Below are positions 8,960-14,904 of a DNA stretch of 14,904 nt, one piece after another. The position numbers and the translations under genes are program-made. The stretch lies in the NCBI GenBank assembly GCA_024704765.1, contig JAKMXF010000304.1, forward strand, positions 62,159-77,062. The letters run 5' to 3'. The notes below the pieces were generated by a model. The model was not told the DNA's origin. It worked only from the letters and a program-made list of their open reading frames with translations, and made no database searches. Each line of letters begins with the position of its first letter. The stretch's first letter is position 1. This DNA comes from Oopsacas minuta (lineage: Eukaryota; Animalia; Porifera).

Positions 8960-11164
8960 TCAACAATTTGCTCTTTTTGTGTGGCCGTGTTCCCCACACT
9001 TTCACAAACTAAACTTGAACAAAATTGATTCAATACAGGGTCACTTTCAGAGGCCAGTCTCACGAAAATGCACGTTGCATTATCTTCAAATGAAGACTTC
9101 CTTGCAAGATTCTCCCTATACTTTCTTAGCAACTTGTTGCGTGCCTCGGATCCCTCTTCAGAGAAACCTTTCAGACCTAGCCCAAGGTTGAACTCTTTCG
9201 AAATTTCTTCTGAGTGAGCTAATACCCTGTGTAACGTTGGGGTAATACTCATCCAAGCTAAGGAATCAACAATCAAGAGATATGTATCGGTGCATAGATC
9301 ACCAAAGACCACGGTGTTAATGATCCTGCCTGAATTGATTAATCGAAGAATAGCTGACAAGTGTGTGTGTAGTTTTGAAAGTGTTTCGTTGTGTTCTGTT
9401 TCAACAACTGACAATACACACTCAATGTATTTCGAATCACAGAAAATGCTCAACGAGCTACACTACCAGTAGAGCTAGTACCTCCACTTGCNNNNNNNNN
9501 NNNNNNNNNNNNNNNNNNNNNNNNNNNNNNNNNNNNNNNNNNNNNNNNNNNNNNNNNNNNNNNNNNNNNNNNNNNNNNNNNNNNNNNNNNNNNNNNNNNN
9601 NNNNNNNNNNNNNNNNNNNNNNNNNNNNNNNNNNNNNNNNNNNNNNNNNNNNNNNNNNNNNNNNNNNNNNNNNNNNNNNNNATGTACGTTTCCACAATTC
9701 AAATGATAAATTAGTAGATTGAACCACCTGAAAATGCCAGTGTACGAGTGTAACGGAGATGTTGGAAGGATGTTTATTGTTGAGGTTGGTTCGTGCGTTA
9801 TGTTACAACGTTGGTTTGAAGGAAGTGAGAAGAACGAATGGCTGTCTTCTATTTCACCGAAAAGTTGAATTGCATCAGTAATGTGCCTGTTGATAGGAAA
9901 TCCCTGTATTATCAACTCACGATCACTGAGTTCCTTATGTGTTGCTGTGCATAATTGACAAGCCCCACCTGCCCCAGATAGAATTCCTGCCATTTTCCCA
10001 TCAAGCATTGATCGAACAATGTCGACTCGTACTTGCTGATCATGGCCAAGAGTAAATCCTTCACTTCTTATCAGATCAGTATCAGTATTGATTAATCGTC
10101 CATAAATCGCTTGATATTAGCTTCGTTTTCTTTTGCAACGAGGAGGAAAATCGGAAGTTGAGCAAAAGGAGAATTGGGAGTGTATTTTTCCAGAGTTCGC
10201 GTCCGCTATTGTTAATTATCTTTACAGCCCTGAAACAGAATAAGATAAACGACTTAGTATTTGTATTCGTGTTTGATTATTACAGTGTGACTTCCAGAGC
10301 CATCTAGCCCGTCTGCTATCTGGAATTGCAGGGGAAAATCTTTAGCTGGAGGTGGCGGTAGCGTGCACATAAGTCTGCAAAAAGTATGGCGGAAGTGATG
10401 GGCAAGTGGCATATACACACCAAATGGAGTTTCAGGATTGGGTACATCTGAATATCCGACCGTAAAATTATGTTGTTTCTTTCTTCTACAACCCTATGGT
10501 ATGCCGGGAAACGAATATCGCTAGATAGCAAGTGATATCGGAGTTGTTTGTATTTTCTCTTGCCAATTTCTAGGAGATGTACAAGGAACACGGTCTTGGT
10601 AACATCGAGCTCTTTCTTCAACATTTTACCGAATTGACCCGAAAACTTGTCATAGACTACAGATTTTGAAACTTTAGCTATTTCTCGCTGTTTTGTTTGG
10701 TTCGATAGTAGTTGCAAGGCAAGTGCAACTATCTTGATTTCTGGAGTATTCTCAACGATTGAGAGTGCTTTGATAGATTCCAGGACATTTGAGATTCGTG
10801 AGCGGTGTTTTTGCATCGTGAGATTGTCAATACTCTTCCTATGGTTTGCAGAGAGTGCGGTTATGACTTCTTCATCATCTGAGGACAGCTCAGTGGTATC
10901 ATAAAAGCGGTTCCTCTTCACCTCTGTTTCCGTGGATATACCACAATGCCACCAGCCTCCCTCTAAGCAATCTATCGATTTCTTTGCCTTCCTGATCCTG
11001 CTTCTTACTTGGAGGAGCGTTGCTTCCAATTGTTTCCTTTCTTCGAAGTCCATTTGAAGGTTCTGCTCAAAGAAACTGAGTGTCGTCGAGGTACAGTAGT
11101 TGTTGCCTTTCACAATCTTCGCAAATTCAAGATGAGAGTTAGGAAAAGTTAGTTCTTGAGCCAT
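8960..11164 (-). pseudogene. RAG1-like (Transib-type) DDE transposase, about 700 aa after frameshift correction
   Basis: Motifs in order: NBD-like helices (10840-10655); LEIGKRKYKQLR...FPAYHRV; IADGLDGSGSH (D1 codon 10304-10302); W-x-N-x-x-PNSPF; SMLDGKM (D2 10002-10000); CQLC; PLH; GGTSSTGSVAR; LHRVLAH; SEEGSEARNK (E 9147-9145); ESDP; C-terminal CEKCGEHGHTKRANC*. These match RAG1 D600/D708/E962 and the Zn ligands C727/C730/H937/H942, and the Transib equivalents. Shifts near 10441, 10280-10260, 10182, 10095, 9440 and 9000. Confidence 0.93.
9492..9681. other. Assembly gap (190 N)
   Basis: Run of N inside the RAG1-like gene, between LIYHL and GGTSSTG. Confidence 1.
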
Positions 11165-11841
11165 TGAAGAAAGCGTGGAAAATGGTTGATTATCAGCAAA
11201 TTCAATTTGTTAATGTCATATTAATCATGTATTTATATATTATATTTATTGGTAATTGGAATGCAGCAATCGAGTAGATAAATTTAGCATATTGAAATAC
11301 TTTGTCATAATTAATCATTGAGTACATTGCATAGTAACAAAAAGGTGACCATGGAATTCGCTGAAATTTTTCATGTTGCGCACTGTTTCGGGGTGTATCA
11401 TTTTAGTGTGTCTTTCTAGATATTATAATGCCATTTTGGAATTAATTTCTAAGTGGTGTTTGTGGTGTGTTTTTTTTTGCGGCCATTTGGAAGTTCTGTT
11501 TTACAAAATATTGTACCTCTAAAGTACCATTAATCAAATTCACTTTGAATCAAAATGTAGTGAAGATATACTGATGAAAATGAGAAAATCAGATTTAGCA
11601 TAACTGAATTGTGTTGAGAAAATTTAATTAATTTGATTCGGAGTATTCTGTCACGCTCTCAAATTAACTTAAATTGGTGCTAATATTAGCATCAATGAAA
11701 CCGAAAACAGAACTATTTTTGATTGATTCTTTAAATTCAAATTGTGAGAGCTATATATATTCGATCGAATTGAAATTTGAAATTAACATTATTCAAACAA
11801 ACAAGAAAGAGTTTAAACCATTAAAAATGAAGTCTATTTTT

Positions 11842-11869
11842 TGCCTATTCTTGCATTCAAACCACTGTG
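11842..11869 (-). repeat. 5' TIR: heptamer CACAGTG + 10-bp spacer + AAGAATAGGCA
   Basis: Reverse complement: CACAGTG GTTTGAATGC AAGAATAGG CA. Confidence 0.85.
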
Positions 11870-11874
11870 GTTAG
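11870..11874 (+). repeat. Right 5-bp target site duplication GTTAG
   Basis: Immediately follows CACTGTG (11863-11869). Matches GTCAG with one C/T transition. Confidence 0.85.
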
Positions 11875-12258
11875 TTTCCTTACAATGACTGTTTACTTAG
11901 TTTTAGTACCAAAACCAGGATACTTTACATCCATGATAGCTCTTACCTAGATATCTCCATACTAACTATCACACATCGAATTAATTGTATAGTACAGTAC
12001 GTATTCACATCGCCAAAAATCAGGGATAGTAAAATCCTGTTAACGTAGCCCCTGAATAAATACAAAACAAAAGGGAATAATTGGTTAAAACTCACTTGGG
12101 TTAGTACGACTATTATTTGTTTCCTTATGGGTATGTCTTATCCGAATTCTACTTTAGTATTTACATACTTGTGATAACTAACTAACCAAGGACCATATAT
12201 AATTTCTGACTAGACTAATCGGTGTAATTCAGGGCTTATATATTATACACTTATAATA

Positions 12259-13588
12259 CAACGGGCGTTCAAAAAGTTCCCGACTCTATCCCACATTTTT
12301 GTAACTATACAGAATACACATGTACAATTGTTATATTTTCTCGAAATAATCACCATTAATGTCTATGACTCGTGTTAGACGATCTAGCGATTTAAAAAAT
12401 ACATTTTATAGTCTTTGGGCAGGATGTCTTTAGGTATCTCCAAACTGCGTTCCCTAGGTCGATTCATGTATCAAAATCCCTGCCTGCGAGGTCCTTTTTC
12501 AACTTTGCAAAGAGCCAAAAATCACAAGGAGCGAGGTCAGGTGAGTAGGGTGGGTGATCTAGCTCAACAACTCTTATTCTATCTAACTCTGAATTTACGA
12601 GCTTAGTTTTATGTCGCCGTGCATTATTGTCCAATAATCGCATGCCTTGCGGTCCAGACTTTGGCCTCCGCTCCCATGAATGTTTTTCTACTTCTGAGAG
12701 GTAATTGTTGGCATAAACATTTCGGTAAGTGTTTTCCCTTTTAGTATTATAATTTGGGTAACTGAGCCATGTGCATCAAAAAAATTGAGTACAGGACCTT
12801 CTGATCTCTGAAGTCCGGCCTAAGATTGATAGAAGGCGCCTCACCTTTTACGACCCATACCATATTTCTTTCTTTCGTTAGTGGATCGTCGTATCTTGTC
12901 CAAGTCTCGTCACCATTAATGATTTCTGCCAGCCTTCTTGGATCTGAGTCTTTATACTCGGAGAGCATTTTTCTTGCACAAGTTACCCGACGGTCCTTTA
13001 GGTCATTTGTAAGGGAGGCGGGATCCACCTCGAACATGTTTTGGTAACTCTCAGCTCATTGATAAGTATGGAATGAACAGCTCCCGTTGAGATCCCTACA
13101 CTCATAGCTAACTCCTCAACAGTGATATGAGGATATTCTTCCACTCTCCATCAAATTTCAGAGGTGTTGCTCCTAGTGGCGGAGGATCTGTGACGCTCGA
13201 TTCGTTCCTCATCTTCCAGTGACTCTCGTCCTTTACGAAACCGCTTGGGCCACTCCTTCACAGTAGTATATAAAAGGCTAGTATCTCTATAAACGACTTC
13301 CAAGTCTATGAGAATATCCATAGGGGCTAAGACCAAGAAGCGTCGAATTTTGATATAGGATCTTTGCTCAGATTTCAAATTGAAGCCATGAATACTGAAA
13401 AATACAAGGATAGCCAAAACTGAGTAATTTGAAATAATCGTAACTAGAAAAACTATTGACGATATAGTCGAAGTTAAAGTAGTTCTGAATAGATAATAGA
13501 ATACGTTTCATTAGGAAACATATACGTAGTATAATATCTTATGTGTTAAAATTCTACGACCAAGGTCTGAACTTTTGAACGCCCGTTG
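12259..13588 (-). mobile_element. Full-length mariner transposon #2 (1330 bp)
   Basis: TIRs CAACGGGCGTTCAAAAAGTTC (12259-12279) and CAACGGGCGTTCAAAAGTTC (reverse complement of 13569-13588), with a TA TSD at 12257-12258 and 13589-13590. Confidence 0.95.
12331..13389 (-). pseudogene. Degenerate mariner transposase
   Basis: Reconstructed MAS/NLKSEQRSYIKIR...RESLEDE.../IINGDETW.../RLLDNNARRH...HPPYSPDLAPCDFWLF...DT*I.../NGDYFEKI*. It has several frameshifts, a TGA, and Asn at the second catalytic Asp position. Confidence 0.92.
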
Positions 13589-13908
13589 TAGAGTTAATGA
13601 ATATACTAGAATAGAAAGTTCTACTTCTCGAGAATTGACAATTGGAATCACTTTGTGATACAAACAAAAATCCTGTCCACCAGGCAGATTTATGAACAAA
13701 AATTCCGAATCCAACAATTTGATTGTTTAGAATTAACTACTAAATACATCTATATATGAGTGTTCTATTAATGAATTTTCGGGTATTAAAATTTCGGAGA
13801 GTATTCACTAAATTTATACTTTTAACCGCGATTAATCTGTATTTATGTATATGTGTGTATGAATAAATACAGTTAAACTCGCAGATAGGGGCATCTTGAG
13901 GCCTGTTG

Positions 13909-13975
13909 CGTAGGACTTTGACCCGCGTAGGATTTTGACACGTATCAAAATGTATTATTCTCGTAGGATTTTGAC
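13909..13975. repeat. Three copies of a 14-bp motif CGTAGGA(T/C)TTTGAC
   Basis: Copies at 13909, 13926 and 13962, plus a short inverted ATTTTGA/TCAAAAT pair (13932-13951). Confidence 0.7.
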
Positions 13976-14904
13976 TCTAAACTAATCTTACTTCTCTGTC
14001 ATTTGACTCTTTCGAATTCCATAACTCTCATTACGTAATTACCACTAAATGTACGTAATGTAATTCAACTTTCGAATAGCTATACGTATACGTAACTGAA
14101 TGAACAAGTGAATTTAGAGTTGGATTCTAGAAAGTAGTAAATTTCTTTGATAACTTGTAAACTATGTTCCCACTACGTATAACAAATTTATAATATGGTT
14201 AATTATCCAAAATGCCAAAAATAGACAGAGTATATAAATATTCTGTAATAATATTACTTGGACAAAAGGTGGTAGGTATTTGATGATTGTATTTAATAAC
14301 TCATAATAAATAATATAATTTAACATGTCAATCTATATATTGTAATATATTCTATCAAACAACAAAGGTTTTGCAAGCATTAGCATGATAGTGAATATTC
14401 GGAGTATCTTAAGTACGAATTGTAGGCGATTTCATCTTTGCCCATTCTCTATACTTCCTAACAAGCTTTAAGGAATAACCACTGAAATATGTTCATCTAT
14501 TGGACAAGCGTAGACTATGCATTTGTTACGGGAGTCTTAGTATAATGTTGATACACATATAGAGTTGAAATGAAAACCGCGAGCCTCTGGCACGCTGCAT
14601 TCTAGGCCGGATCGAGAAAAGTATAAATCGTCGGTTCAACTTCTACCTAAGGGAAAAGTTACCTTTACCATTTTCTAGGAAATGCGAGACTTAAATTTGA
14701 AAAATATTTCGATTAGACCCTTACGGTTTTATATTTTTGCTGTGTCACTTTCGCAAAATTGATTTTTATATTGTCCGAATTTTCAAATTCCTTTGACTTA
14801 GCCCCTTTATATATATTATTTGGTAATAGTAAGTCGTATGTTTGCTATTGAATGGTGTATTAATCGAATTTCTATATCCAAGGATACTCAAGTTATCAAG
14901 AATA

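Larger units (their letters stand above)
8632..11869 (-). mobile_element. RAG1-like / Transib-superfamily DNA transposon, apparently full length
   Basis: Both ends read CACAGTGGTTT inward (8632-8642; reverse complement of 11859-11869), with a 5-bp TSD GTCAG/GTTAG, and enclose a single RAG1/Transib-type transposase gene. Confidence 0.93.

Noticed and set aside
11674-11874. 66-aa + strand ORF at the 5' end of the RAG1-like element as a RAG2-like candidate
   Set aside because: It is too short, has no Kelch/PHD features, and runs through the TIR into the TSD.
6893-13590. Composite transposon in which two mariners carry the RAG1-like element
   Set aside because: The mariners have different TIRs and each has its own target duplication, so they are independent insertions.
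13909-13975. CRISPR-like reading of the short spaced repeats
   Set aside because: The 14-bp units have 3- and 22-bp spacers, only three copies, a eukaryotic intron-containing context and no cas genes.

Overview
AT-rich eukaryotic (probably invertebrate animal) genomic DNA with two N gaps (7356-7595, 9492-9681). The left third carries a strongly diverged OST48/DDOST gene: one clean exon at 2346-2580, with neighbouring exons recognisable only tentatively, among hAT-type MITE remnants. The right half holds three full-length DNA transposons: a DD34D mariner (+, ~6893-8300), a RAG1-like/Transib-superfamily element (-, 8632-11869) and a second, different mariner (-, 12259-13588). The highlight is the RAG1-like element. 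Both ends start with the exact V(D)J RSS heptamer CACAGTG and are flanked by a near-perfect 5-bp TSD (GTCAG/GTTAG). Each end has a second shared motif (AAGAATAGGyA) 10 bp from the heptamer at one end and 20 bp at the other, about one helical turn of asymmetry, as in the 12/23 rule. The frameshift-corrected protein has a RAG1 NBD-like region, an intact DDE triad, zinc ligands and a C-terminal CCHC tail like RAG1L CTT*, and no RAG2-like gene is visible. All protein comparisons are by eye from remembered family motifs; no database search was run.
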